Shown: positions 1 to 8,089 of the stretch, piece after piece | How the letters are laid out: each line of letters begins with the position of its first letter | Position numbering within the stretch: position 1 is the stretch's first letter | From: a candidate division WOR-3 bacterium | GTDB lineage: Bacteria > Hydrothermota > Tepidihabitantia > Tepidihabitantales > Tepidihabitantaceae | Assembly (NCBI GenBank): GCA_965649225.1 | Contig: CBFGJX010000001.1 | Location: forward strand, 128,001-192,000 | Length of the DNA: 64,000 nt | Reading direction: 5' to 3' | Translations under genes and position numbers: made by a program | Notes under the pieces: generated by a model | What the model was told of the DNA's origin: nothing | What the model saw: the letters and a program-made list of their open reading frames with translations, nothing else | The model's database searches: none

Positions 1-41
1 ATCCGCTGGTAATGATGAGCAAAGGCCAGCTCATTCAGTAA
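1..41 (+). CDS. 3' end of an upstream CDS truncated by the window edge (...PLVMMSKGQLIQ*), product unknown
   Basis: Open frame from the window edge to TAA at 39-41, 2 nt before the next ATG. Confidence 0.4.
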   Translation, partial: PLVMMSKGQLIQ

Positions 42-43
42 CC

Positions 44-1858
44 ATGGCGACAATCATCGAAAAAATCATCGCGGCTCATTCCGGTGGCAGACCGGTGAAG
101 CCGGGCGAAATCGTCGAACTTGGCATCGACGTCCGCGTCGCCCGCGATTTTGGTGGTGCCAACGTTGTCAAAGCGCTTGAATCGCACGGCCTCGGTATCG
201 ACGACCCGAAGAAAACTTTCTTCACCTTCGACTGCAACCCGACCGGCTCGGACCAGAAATATACTGCCAACCAGCAGTACTGCCGCATGTTCGCCCGCAA
301 GACCGGCATCCGGGTGTTTGACATCGATTCCGGAATCGGTACCCACCTGGCAATCGACGCCGGTCTGGTCGGGCCGGGCGAAACCTTTGTCTCAACCGAT
401 TCTCATGCCAGCATTCTCGGCGCTATCGGGGCTTTCGGCCAGGGCATGGGCGACCAGGACATCGCCCACGCCTTCGCCCACGGTCAAGTCTGGTTCGAGA
501 CGCCCCCGACTGTGAAAATTGAACTGCTCGGCATGCCCGGCCCACTCGCATCGCCCAAAGACGTCGGGCTTGCCCTTCTGCGTCACTTCGGCGCCAACGG
601 ACTGCTGGGTTGTGCCGCCGAAGTGTACGGCCGCTACGCCGAAAACCTGAGTCTGGACGGCCGCATCACCATCGCCTCGCTCGCGACCGAGATGGGAGCG
701 ATCATCATCTTCTTCCCGCCCGACACCACCGTGGTCGAGTATTGCTCGAAACGGGCCGGCAGAAACTTCCAGCCCGTGCTGGCCGACCCGGATGCAGAGT
801 ATCAGCGAATTGAGAAAATCAACATCGCCGAACTGGAGCCGCTGATCGCGCGACCCGGCCATCCCGAAGACGTCGTCACCGTCGCCTCAGTTGCCGGCCG
901 TAAGGTCGATTCGGTATTCGTCGGCTCCTGCACCGACGGCAGACTCGAAGACCTGACAGCGGTCGCGACAATCCTGCAAGGTCGTCGTGTCGCGCCCGGC
1001 GTTGTGATGAAAATAGTTCCGGCCACCGACGAAATCTGGCGAACGGCAATGAACAATGGCCTCTTCGCCACTTTCAAGGCCGCCGGGGCGATGATCGGCA
1101 ACGCGGGTTGTGCCGGCTGTGCTGCCGGTCAAATCGGTCAGAACGGACCGGGCGAAGTCACCGTTTCAACCGGTAACCGCAATTTCGCCGGCAAACAGGG
1201 CAAAGGCGAAGTCTGGCTCTGCTCCCCGGCCACTGCCGCTGCCTCGGCCGTCGCCGGCATCATCACGACGCCTGACCGGATACCCTCGGAGCCGGTTCTG
1301 TTTCCTTCCGGACCTGGCCCGACTGACTCGGCTGCCGGCTTGTCCGCTGCTGTCGAGCCACGTCCGACAGTGATTTCCGGCCGCGTCTGGGTAATCGACA
1401 AAGACAACATCGATACCGACATGATCTTCCACAACCGCCACCTCGCCATCACCGACATCAAAGAGATGGGTCAATATACCTTCGGCAACCTGCCCGGGTG
1501 GGAGGAGTTCGCAAAGAAAGCCCGGCCCGGCGACATCATTGTCACCGGTCGGAACTTCGGCGCCGGCTCTTCGCGTCAGCAGGCTGTTGACTGTTTCAAA
1601 AGCCTGGGCATCGCACTGGTTATCGCCCGTTCTTTCGGGGCGATCTATTTCCGTAATGCCGTCAATGCCGGACTGGCAGTGATGACCGCGGACCTAATCG
1701 ACGCCGGGGTGAAGACGGGTGATGAGATTCGCGTGGACCTGACCACCGGTGAGATTGAACTGCTCGGCACCATCCGGAAGGTCCACGGCCGCCCCCTGCC
1801 CGCGGCCCAACTCGGCATCTACCGGCGCGGCGGCCTGCTGGGCCCGGGAAGCAACTAA
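44..1858 (+). CDS. Aconitase-family hydro-lyase, fused LeuC/HacA-like large subunit and LeuD/HacB-like swivel domain, divergent active site
   Basis: DSH, GSCTDGR, GCAGC (3 Fe-S Cys) and STGNRNF motifs; C-terminal DNIDTD and GRNFGAGSSRQQA swivel motifs. Confidence 0.9.
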   Translation: MATIIEKIIAAHSGGRPVKPGEIVELGIDVRVARDFGGANVVKALESHGLGIDDPKKTFFTFDCNPTGSDQKYTANQQYCRMFARKTGIRVFDIDSGIGTHLAIDAGLVGPGETFVSTDSHASILGAIGAFGQGMGDQDIAHAFAHGQVWFETPPTVKIELLGMPGPLASPKDVGLALLRHFGANGLLGCAAEVYGRYAENLSLDGRITIASLATEMGAIIIFFPPDTTVVEYCSKRAGRNFQPVLADPDAEYQRIEKINIAELEPLIARPGHPEDVVTVASVAGRKVDSVFVGSCTDGRLEDLTAVATILQGRRVAPGVVMKIVPATDEIWRTAMNNGLFATFKAAGAMIGNAGCAGCAAGQIGQNGPGEVTVSTGNRNFAGKQGKGEVWLCSPATAAASAVAGIITTPDRIPSEPVLFPSGPGPTDSAAGLSAAVEPRPTVISGRVWVIDKDNIDTDMIFHNRHLAITDIKEMGQYTFGNLPGWEEFAKKARPGDIIVTGRNFGAGSSRQQAVDCFKSLGIALVIARSFGAIYFRNAVNAGLAVMTADLIDAGVKTGDEIRVDLTTGEIELLGTIRKVHGRPLPAAQLGIYRRGGLLGPGSN

Positions 1859-2112
1859 CGACCGAGTGTCTTGATCCGTTCCGGACGCCGCGCAACCAGG
1901 TAAATCAACGCCCCAAGCCAGTGGGTAAACACGATAACCAGAGCCCAGACCAGCCGGTTGTTGTTCTCGTCGTTCTCGCGGGTCAGCACCTCTACCAGCA
2001 TCCAGATCCAGAGCACCGTACCTGCCAGCCCGACGATGCTGCCCAGCAACACCAGCGAAAACCACAGCCAGCCGAGCCCACCGATGAGCAAAAGACCGGG
2101 AAGATTGTCCAT
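1855..2112 (-). CDS. Small membrane protein with a PLDc N-terminal (PLD nuclease N-terminal) domain
   Basis: Hydrophobic helices with the pattern WIWMLVEV...NRLVWALVIVF..LGALIYL. Confidence 0.75.
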   Translation of the reverse strand: MDNLPGLLLIGGLGWLWFSLVLLGSIVGLAGTVLWIWMLVEVLTRENDENNNRLVWALVIVFTHWLGALIYLVARRPERIKTLGR

Positions 2113-2168
2113 TGCCTTGCTGCCTCAGCATAAGACGGACCGCTGCATCGGTCAACTGCTTCACCGGC

Positions 2169-2196
2169 TTGCACCCGCCACTGGACATAATATAAT
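2169..2196 (+). promoter_or_regulatory. sigma70-type promoter for the hydro-lyase/citrate lyase-like operon
   Basis: TTGCAC-16 nt-TATAAT upstream of a GAGG SD and ATG 2232. Confidence 0.6.
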
Positions 2197-2231
2197 GCGC
2201 CAGCGATCGGAAACGACAAAGTGAGGACACC

Positions 2232-3494
2232 ATGCCGATGACTTTTGCCGAAAAGGTACTTGCCGCCAAGGCGGGCCGGGCCAAAGTGCAGGCAGGAGAG
2301 ATTGTAACCTGCCGACCCGACCGCCTGCTGATGCATGATAACGCCGCCGCCATCACCGACAAAATTGCCAAAGACCTCGAAGAATTCGGCATTGCCGACC
2401 CGGAACAGCCGGTCATTGTCCTTGACCACGTAATTCCCGCCAGCGACGAAAAAACCGCAACCGGCCATCAGAAGGTTCGACGGTTCGTCAAAACCTACGG
2501 CATCAAGCACTTCTTCGACATCGGCGCTGGCGTCTGCCATCAGATTATGGTCGAAAAGGGCCTGGTCCTGCCCGGGATGCTCGCGGTCGGTTCGGACTCG
2601 CACACCTGTTCCTACGGCGCGGTGAATGCCTTTGCCACCGGCATCGACCGCACCGAAGCCGCCGCGCTGATTCTTACCGGCCAAACCTGGTTCAAGGTTC
2701 CCGAGTCCATCAGGATAAAGCTCACCGGCCGGTTCGGCGAACTGGTGACCGCCAAAGATCTTGTGCTGACGATTATCGGCCGGCTCGGCGCTGACGGTGC
2801 TGACTATCGTTCGGTCGAATACTGGGGCGACATCGGCCATCTGACCATTGATGACCGCTTCGTCATCGCCAACATGGCTGTCGAAATGGGTGCCAAGAAC
2901 GCGGTCTTCCCGGTTGATGAAGTCACCAAAGGCTTTTTCCATTCGATTGGCGTACGGCGGACGGATTGGAACGCGGTCTGGGCCGACGAGGATGCAAACT
3001 ACCGCCAGGAATTCGAATTCGACCTTACGACAGTGACCCCGGTCGTTGCTGCTCCCCACAAGGTTGATAATGTCAAACCGGTATCGGCAGTGGCCGGCAC
3101 CGAAGTTCAGCAATGTCTTATCGGCACCTGTACCAACGGCCGGGCAAGCGACTTCGCACTGGCTGCCCGGGTGATCGGCAGTCGCAAAGTGGCACCCGGG
3201 GTCAGATTGCTGCTGCTGCCCGCATCGAGGGCTGAACTGGAACGCTCCCTCGACGCCGGCGATATCCAGACACTGGTAGCGGCCGGCGGCTTACTGCTGC
3301 CGCCGGGCTGCGGCCCTTGTCTTGGCGCCCATCAGGGAGTCCTGGCGCCGGGTGAAAACTGCATTTCCACTGCCAACCGCAATTTCCGTGGCCGAATGGG
3401 TTGCCGCGATGCCAGCATATTCCTTGCCAGCCCGGCAACAGTCGCGGCTTCTGCCATTACCGGCCGTATAACCGATCCCAGAGAGGTGGTCTAG
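2232..3494 (+). CDS. 3-isopropylmalate dehydratase/homoaconitase-family large subunit (LeuC/HacA type)
   Basis: MHD, LDH, GVCHQ, DSHTCSYGA, GTCTNGR, PGCGPCLG and STANRNF motifs all canonical. Confidence 0.92.
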   Translation: MPMTFAEKVLAAKAGRAKVQAGEIVTCRPDRLLMHDNAAAITDKIAKDLEEFGIADPEQPVIVLDHVIPASDEKTATGHQKVRRFVKTYGIKHFFDIGAGVCHQIMVEKGLVLPGMLAVGSDSHTCSYGAVNAFATGIDRTEAAALILTGQTWFKVPESIRIKLTGRFGELVTAKDLVLTIIGRLGADGADYRSVEYWGDIGHLTIDDRFVIANMAVEMGAKNAVFPVDEVTKGFFHSIGVRRTDWNAVWADEDANYRQEFEFDLTTVTPVVAAPHKVDNVKPVSAVAGTEVQQCLIGTCTNGRASDFALAARVIGSRKVAPGVRLLLLPASRAELERSLDAGDIQTLVAAGGLLLPPGCGPCLGAHQGVLAPGENCISTANRNFRGRMGCRDASIFLASPATVAASAITGRITDPREVV

Positions 3495-3495
3495 C

Positions 3496-3990
3496 ATGAA
3501 AATCTGGCACTGCGGAGATGACATCAATACCGACATGCTCTTTCCGGGCAAGTACACCTACACCTGCTCAAAACCTGACGAAATCAAACCCCACCTGCTT
3601 GAAGACCTCGACCCCGAATTCGCTCGGGCAGTTCAGCCGGGTGACATCATCATCGCCGGCAAAAATTTCGGCTGCGGCTCATCACGCGAACAACCCGTCG
3701 TCGGGCTCAAGGCCGTCGGCATCCAGGCAATCGTCGCCGCCTCATTCGCCCGCATCTTCTATCGCGCGGCAATCAATCAGGGGCTGCTGCTGGTCGAAGC
3801 ACCGCAGGCTGTCGCCGCCTACCGTCCGGGGCTTTCGGTCCAACTCGATCCGGCAGCTGGCCGGATAACGATCGGGTCAGCCAGCTTTGAATTCCCAAAG
3901 CTCCCCCCCGAGATTCTGGCTATCAATCAGGCCGGCGGGCTGCTGGAATACACCCGGGCCCGCCTGCGTGCTCGAAAGGCGGCAAATTGA
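3496..3990 (+). CDS. 3-isopropylmalate dehydratase/homoaconitase-family small subunit (LeuD/HacB type)
   Basis: GDDINTD, GKNFGCGSSREQ and SFARIFYR motifs; directly follows the large subunit. Confidence 0.92.
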   Translation: MKIWHCGDDINTDMLFPGKYTYTCSKPDEIKPHLLEDLDPEFARAVQPGDIIIAGKNFGCGSSREQPVVGLKAVGIQAIVAASFARIFYRAAINQGLLLVEAPQAVAAYRPGLSVQLDPAAGRITIGSASFEFPKLPPEILAINQAGGLLEYTRARLRARKAAN

Positions 3991-5216
3991 ACTCCGTAAC
4001 CGCCGGCCGTCGTGGACCGGATGTCCGTTCTGACATCTGGGTCGAACTGGAACTGCGCGATTCGGGTGGCATCGAGCTCAAACTGGCGAGCAAGGTTGAC
4101 TTCATGTACGGTCAGGCCAATCGCGACCTGATCCGGGAGGTTCTTACAACACTTGGTGTAAAACACGCACGCTTAGTCGCCGAAGACACCGGAGCGCTGC
4201 CGTTTGTAATTGCGGCGCGGGTCGAGACGGCGGTCCGCCGCGCTCTGGGCGACAGCAGCTCCCGGCAGTTTCTGCCTGCTGCCGGACCATCCTTTCGTCT
4301 CCCCTCGGCACGAAACCGCTGGCGCCGCTCTCGACTTTACCTGCCCGGCAACGAACCAAGATTCCTGCTCTCCGCCCGCCTCTACGGCGCCGATGCTCTG
4401 ATTTTCGACCTGGAGGACTCGGTCGCGCCGGCAGAAAAGGATGCTGCACTGGTGCTTGTCCGCAACGCCCTCTATGCTCATGATTTCGGCTCCTGCGAAC
4501 GAATGGTGCGAATCAATCAGCTTCCCAGAGGACTGGCTGAAATCAGACCCCTGGTCGAAGCGGGTGCCAATGTCATCCTGATTCCCAAATGTGAATCAGC
4601 CGCCGACGTGCTGGCGGTTGACAAAGCCATCAGCGAAAGCGTGGAACAGTCCTGGAATGTCTGGTTGATGCCGATTATCGAAACCTGCCGGGGAATGCTT
4701 CACGCCGAAGAGATTGCCGGCGCGTCAAAGCGAATCGTCGCCCTCACCTGGGGCGCAGAAGACTATGTCGCCGACCTTGGCGGAGTAAGAACCGCGGCCG
4801 GCAATGAAACAATCTGGGCCCGCGCCCAGATTGTCAACGCCGCCCGTGCCGCCGGCATCCAGCCGATCGACACGGTTCATGCTGATACCGATAATCTTGA
4901 CGCGCTGGCAGAAAGTTGCCGGGCGGCCCGGGAACTGGGATTCGAAGGCAAGGGTTGCATTCACCCGCGACAAATCGCGACAGTAAACAAGGCATTCACC
5001 CCCACCGCCGACGAAATCGACAACGCCCGCCGGATCGTACTTGCCGCTCGGGCAGCCGAAGCCAAGGGAATCGGCGCAGTAGCCCTGGGTTCAAAGATGA
5101 TCGATGCTCCGGTCGTCGCACGGGCACTGCGCACTATCGAACTGGCGATTGCCAGCGGCAGTCTGCCCGCAAACTGGCAAAACGTCTCGTCCTCATCCGA
5201 AGGCACTGGAGAGTAA
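3987..5216 (+). CDS. citE: Citrate lyase-like fusion: N-terminal CitD (acyl carrier, gamma) domain plus CitE (citryl-CoA lyase, beta; HpcH/HpaI fold)
   Basis: N-terminal S.V..MYG...D.GALPFVIAARVETA (CitD-like); RSRLYLPG, DLEDSV, VRIN, GAEDY, GKGCIHP, GSKMID (CitE). Confidence 0.88.
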   Translation: MNSVTAGRRGPDVRSDIWVELELRDSGGIELKLASKVDFMYGQANRDLIREVLTTLGVKHARLVAEDTGALPFVIAARVETAVRRALGDSSSRQFLPAAGPSFRLPSARNRWRRSRLYLPGNEPRFLLSARLYGADALIFDLEDSVAPAEKDAALVLVRNALYAHDFGSCERMVRINQLPRGLAEIRPLVEAGANVILIPKCESAADVLAVDKAISESVEQSWNVWLMPIIETCRGMLHAEEIAGASKRIVALTWGAEDYVADLGGVRTAAGNETIWARAQIVNAARAAGIQPIDTVHADTDNLDALAESCRAARELGFEGKGCIHPRQIATVNKAFTPTADEIDNARRIVLAARAAEAKGIGAVALGSKMIDAPVVARALRTIELAIASGSLPANWQNVSSSSEGTGE

Positions 5217-5219
5217 CCG

Positions 5220-6770
5220 ATGGAACTGACCACTAACGCTGCCGGCCGACTCGTGCCAGTCGTGGTCAACGGCGCTCCGGCAATACCATTCGCCGGCGTC
5301 GGCAAACACCGCCCGACCGGCCACAAAGCTGCTGCGCCAATTCCGACCTGCATTGACTATCCGGCCGATGGCAACAAGACGGTTGCCGATCTGCGTACCG
5401 CGCTTGAAAAATGCGGCCTGCGCAGCGGCATGACCATCTCGACTCACCACCACTTCCGGGACGGCGACACCCTGTCGCTCCAGCTTTTTGACACCTGCGC
5501 CGAGATGGGCATCAAAGACCTTGTCTGGTTTCCTTCGGCCGCCTTCCCCTGCCACGCGCCGCTGATTCGACATCTTGACTCCGGCGTGATTCACCATATC
5601 GAAGGCAGTCTGAACGGCCCCCTGGGCGACTATTGCACTCAGGGACGGATGCGTGGTCTTGGTGTCCTTCGTTCCCACGGCGGCCGGGCACAGGCAATCC
5701 AGGACGGTGAAGTCCACATCGACATCGCCGTACTTGCCGCTCCCAGCAGCGATGTGTTCGGCAGCGCCAACGGCATCTACGGCGATGCCGCCTGTGGCGT
5801 CCTCGGCTACGCCCTCGCCGATGCCATGTATGCCGACCGGGTCATAATCGTCACCAACAATCTCGTGCCATTCCCCTGTATCCCGGTTCAGATTTCCGGC
5901 ACATACGTTGACTGCGTTGTCCGCCAGGACTCAATCGGTGACCCGTCCCGAATCGTATCGGGCACCACCCGAATCACCCGCAGTCCCGACCGATTGCTGA
6001 TTGCAGAACTGGTCGCAAAGTTCATCAGCGCATCCGGCATCATGCGCAACGGCTTCTCGTTTCAGGGCGGCGCCGGCGGCGTCTCACTGGCATTCGCACT
6101 TTATCTCGAACAGCACATGAAGGATGCTGGCGTTCGGGCCGGCTGGATTCACGGTGGCACCACCCGTCACCTCGTTCGCATGCTGGAAGAAGGCCTGACG
6201 CCGGCACTGGTCGATGGCCAGGCCTTCGATACTGACGCGATTCGTTCAATCGCAATCAATCGCGGCCATGTCTCAATCAGCCCGCTCGTCAGCTACAACT
6301 ACCACGCGAAAGGAAACTACATCAACCTGCTCGACGTTGCTGTTCTTGGCGCAACCGAAGTTGACCTCGACTTCAATGCCAACGTGATTACCCATTCTGA
6401 CGGCAGACTGCGCCACGGCATTGGCGGCTGGCAGAACTGCATGTTTGCCCGCTGCACCATTCTGGCGGTCCCGGCGATGCGTGACCGCATGCCGGTAATA
6501 GTCGACCGGGTAACAACCCTCTGTGCACCGGGCGAGCTTGTTGATGTCGTTGTAACCGAGCTTGGGATTGCCATCAATCCCCGTCGGACTGACCTGCTGA
6601 GCGCCGTGCAGGGCAAGGGACTGCCGGTTCGTCCCTTGAGCGAAATCAAAGCCGAGGTGGAAAGAATCTGTGGTAAGCCTGAGCCGCCGCGTCTGACCGA
6701 CCGACCGGTGGCCGTCTGCAAATGGGTTGACGGAACAGTTCTGGACACAGTCTGGCAGGTCCCTGAATAG
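5220..6770 (+). CDS. citF: Citrate lyase alpha subunit (citrate CoA-transferase family)
   Basis: ISTHHHFRDGD, RSHGGR, LGATEVD, HSDG and C-terminal DGTVLD motifs. Confidence 0.92.
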   Translation: MELTTNAAGRLVPVVVNGAPAIPFAGVGKHRPTGHKAAAPIPTCIDYPADGNKTVADLRTALEKCGLRSGMTISTHHHFRDGDTLSLQLFDTCAEMGIKDLVWFPSAAFPCHAPLIRHLDSGVIHHIEGSLNGPLGDYCTQGRMRGLGVLRSHGGRAQAIQDGEVHIDIAVLAAPSSDVFGSANGIYGDAACGVLGYALADAMYADRVIIVTNNLVPFPCIPVQISGTYVDCVVRQDSIGDPSRIVSGTTRITRSPDRLLIAELVAKFISASGIMRNGFSFQGGAGGVSLAFALYLEQHMKDAGVRAGWIHGGTTRHLVRMLEEGLTPALVDGQAFDTDAIRSIAINRGHVSISPLVSYNYHAKGNYINLLDVAVLGATEVDLDFNANVITHSDGRLRHGIGGWQNCMFARCTILAVPAMRDRMPVIVDRVTTLCAPGELVDVVVTELGIAINPRRTDLLSAVQGKGLPVRPLSEIKAEVERICGKPEPPRLTDRPVAVCKWVDGTVLDTVWQVPE

Positions 6771-6788
6771 CCGCAGCCCATAACACCA

Positions 6789-6816
6789 TTGACCGCTGTT
6801 TCTCGGTCATTATACT
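6789..6816 (+). promoter_or_regulatory. sigma70-type promoter, probably producing a leaderless larA mRNA
   Basis: TTGACC-16 nt-TATACT; ATG follows after a 6-nt gap; no SD. Confidence 0.65.
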
Positions 6817-6822
6817 TGCCCG

Positions 6823-8058
6823 ATGCGCTTTGAACTCGCCTTTGGCGGTTCAACCCAGACGCTGGAAATACCCGACGGCCATGCGGTCACAGTCGTAACT
6901 CCACCAGCCAGCCGTCCCGCTCACAACATCACCCCAGCGCTGGAACGCAGCACGGTTGACTGTGCTGCCTTTCTGAACAACTCCCGCCGCGTACTGGTAA
7001 TGGTGAATGATGCCACTCGTCCCACCCCCACGGCATCTGTTCTTTCAGCACTCGCTCCGGCCCTGTCCGGTTATGACGTTCACTACCTTGTGTGTACCGG
7101 GACCCATCGCCCTCCGGGCGAAACCGAGCTTAACAAGATTTTCGGCCCCGAGCTTGTCGGCCGTCGCCGCAACCGGATCATGATTCACGACTGCCGCGAT
7201 ACCGCCAGGCTGTTTTTTGCCGGCCGAACCAGCTTCGGCACGCCGGTCTGGTTCAATCGCGAATTGCTCTGGGCCGATCGTGTCATCACGGTCAACTCGA
7301 TCGAACCGCACTATTTCGCCGGCTACACCGGTGGCCGCAAAGGATTCCTGCCCGGCATTGCCGGCGCCGAAACAATCGGTCACAACCACAATATGGCGAC
7401 GCATCACCAGTCACGCGTGTTTGAGCTCACCGGCAACCCGGTCCACGAAGACATGGTGGAGGCGTATCGAATGGTGAACCGCCCGTGTTTCTCGATTCAG
7501 CTGGTTCTTGACCAGACCCATCGACCGGTCGCAATCCATCACGGGCTTGTGCTCGATTCGTTTCTACGTGGCTGCCGCGATGCTCACCGAATCTTCGCCC
7601 AGCCGGTTCCAGGCACCTTCGACATCGTTGTCAGCGTCCTGCTTGCACCGTATGACATCAACTTCTATCAGGCACAGCGGGCAGTTGAGTTTGCCCGCGC
7701 GATACTCAACCGGCCGTCCGTCCACATTACGGTAACCGCCTGCCCCGAAGGCATCGGGGACAGCACTTTCATCGAAATTCTACGCCAATGCTCGAAACCG
7801 AGTGATGTGTTTGCCGAATCAAACAAGTCCCATCCTGGCTGGCACAAGGCTGCCCGTCTCGCGACCCTGATGGAATCGACCAGCCTGTACGCGGTGACCG
7901 GGCTGGCGCCCTCAGAACTGCAGGGCACGTTCATTGAGTCTTTCGATTCTGTCCAGGCCGCTTGGCAATCTGCGCTGCAGCGGATCGGACCGAATGCCCG
8001 AACCTGCATCATCCCGGACGCAGGTTCGCTGGTGCCGATTGCGGAACGACCATCCTGA
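6823..8058 (+). CDS. larA: LarA-superfamily nickel-pincer (NPN) dependent 2-hydroxy acid racemase/epimerase
   Basis: NDATRPTP, GTHR, EPHYFAGYTGGRK, HNH, GNPVHEDM and INFYQA motifs. Confidence 0.85.
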   Translation: MRFELAFGGSTQTLEIPDGHAVTVVTPPASRPAHNITPALERSTVDCAAFLNNSRRVLVMVNDATRPTPTASVLSALAPALSGYDVHYLVCTGTHRPPGETELNKIFGPELVGRRRNRIMIHDCRDTARLFFAGRTSFGTPVWFNRELLWADRVITVNSIEPHYFAGYTGGRKGFLPGIAGAETIGHNHNMATHHQSRVFELTGNPVHEDMVEAYRMVNRPCFSIQLVLDQTHRPVAIHHGLVLDSFLRGCRDAHRIFAQPVPGTFDIVVSVLLAPYDINFYQAQRAVEFARAILNRPSVHITVTACPEGIGDSTFIEILRQCSKPSDVFAESNKSHPGWHKAARLATLMESTSLYAVTGLAPSELQGTFIESFDSVQAAWQSALQRIGPNARTCIIPDAGSLVPIAERPS

Positions 8059-8089
8059 AAAACCTGCTGTTCGCTATTCGCCACTGACG

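Noticed and set aside
44..3990. Annotation as a leucine biosynthesis operon (leuCD)
   Set aside because: No leuA, leuB or ilv genes in the window, direct coupling to citrate-lyase-like genes, and one copy has non-canonical catalytic residues
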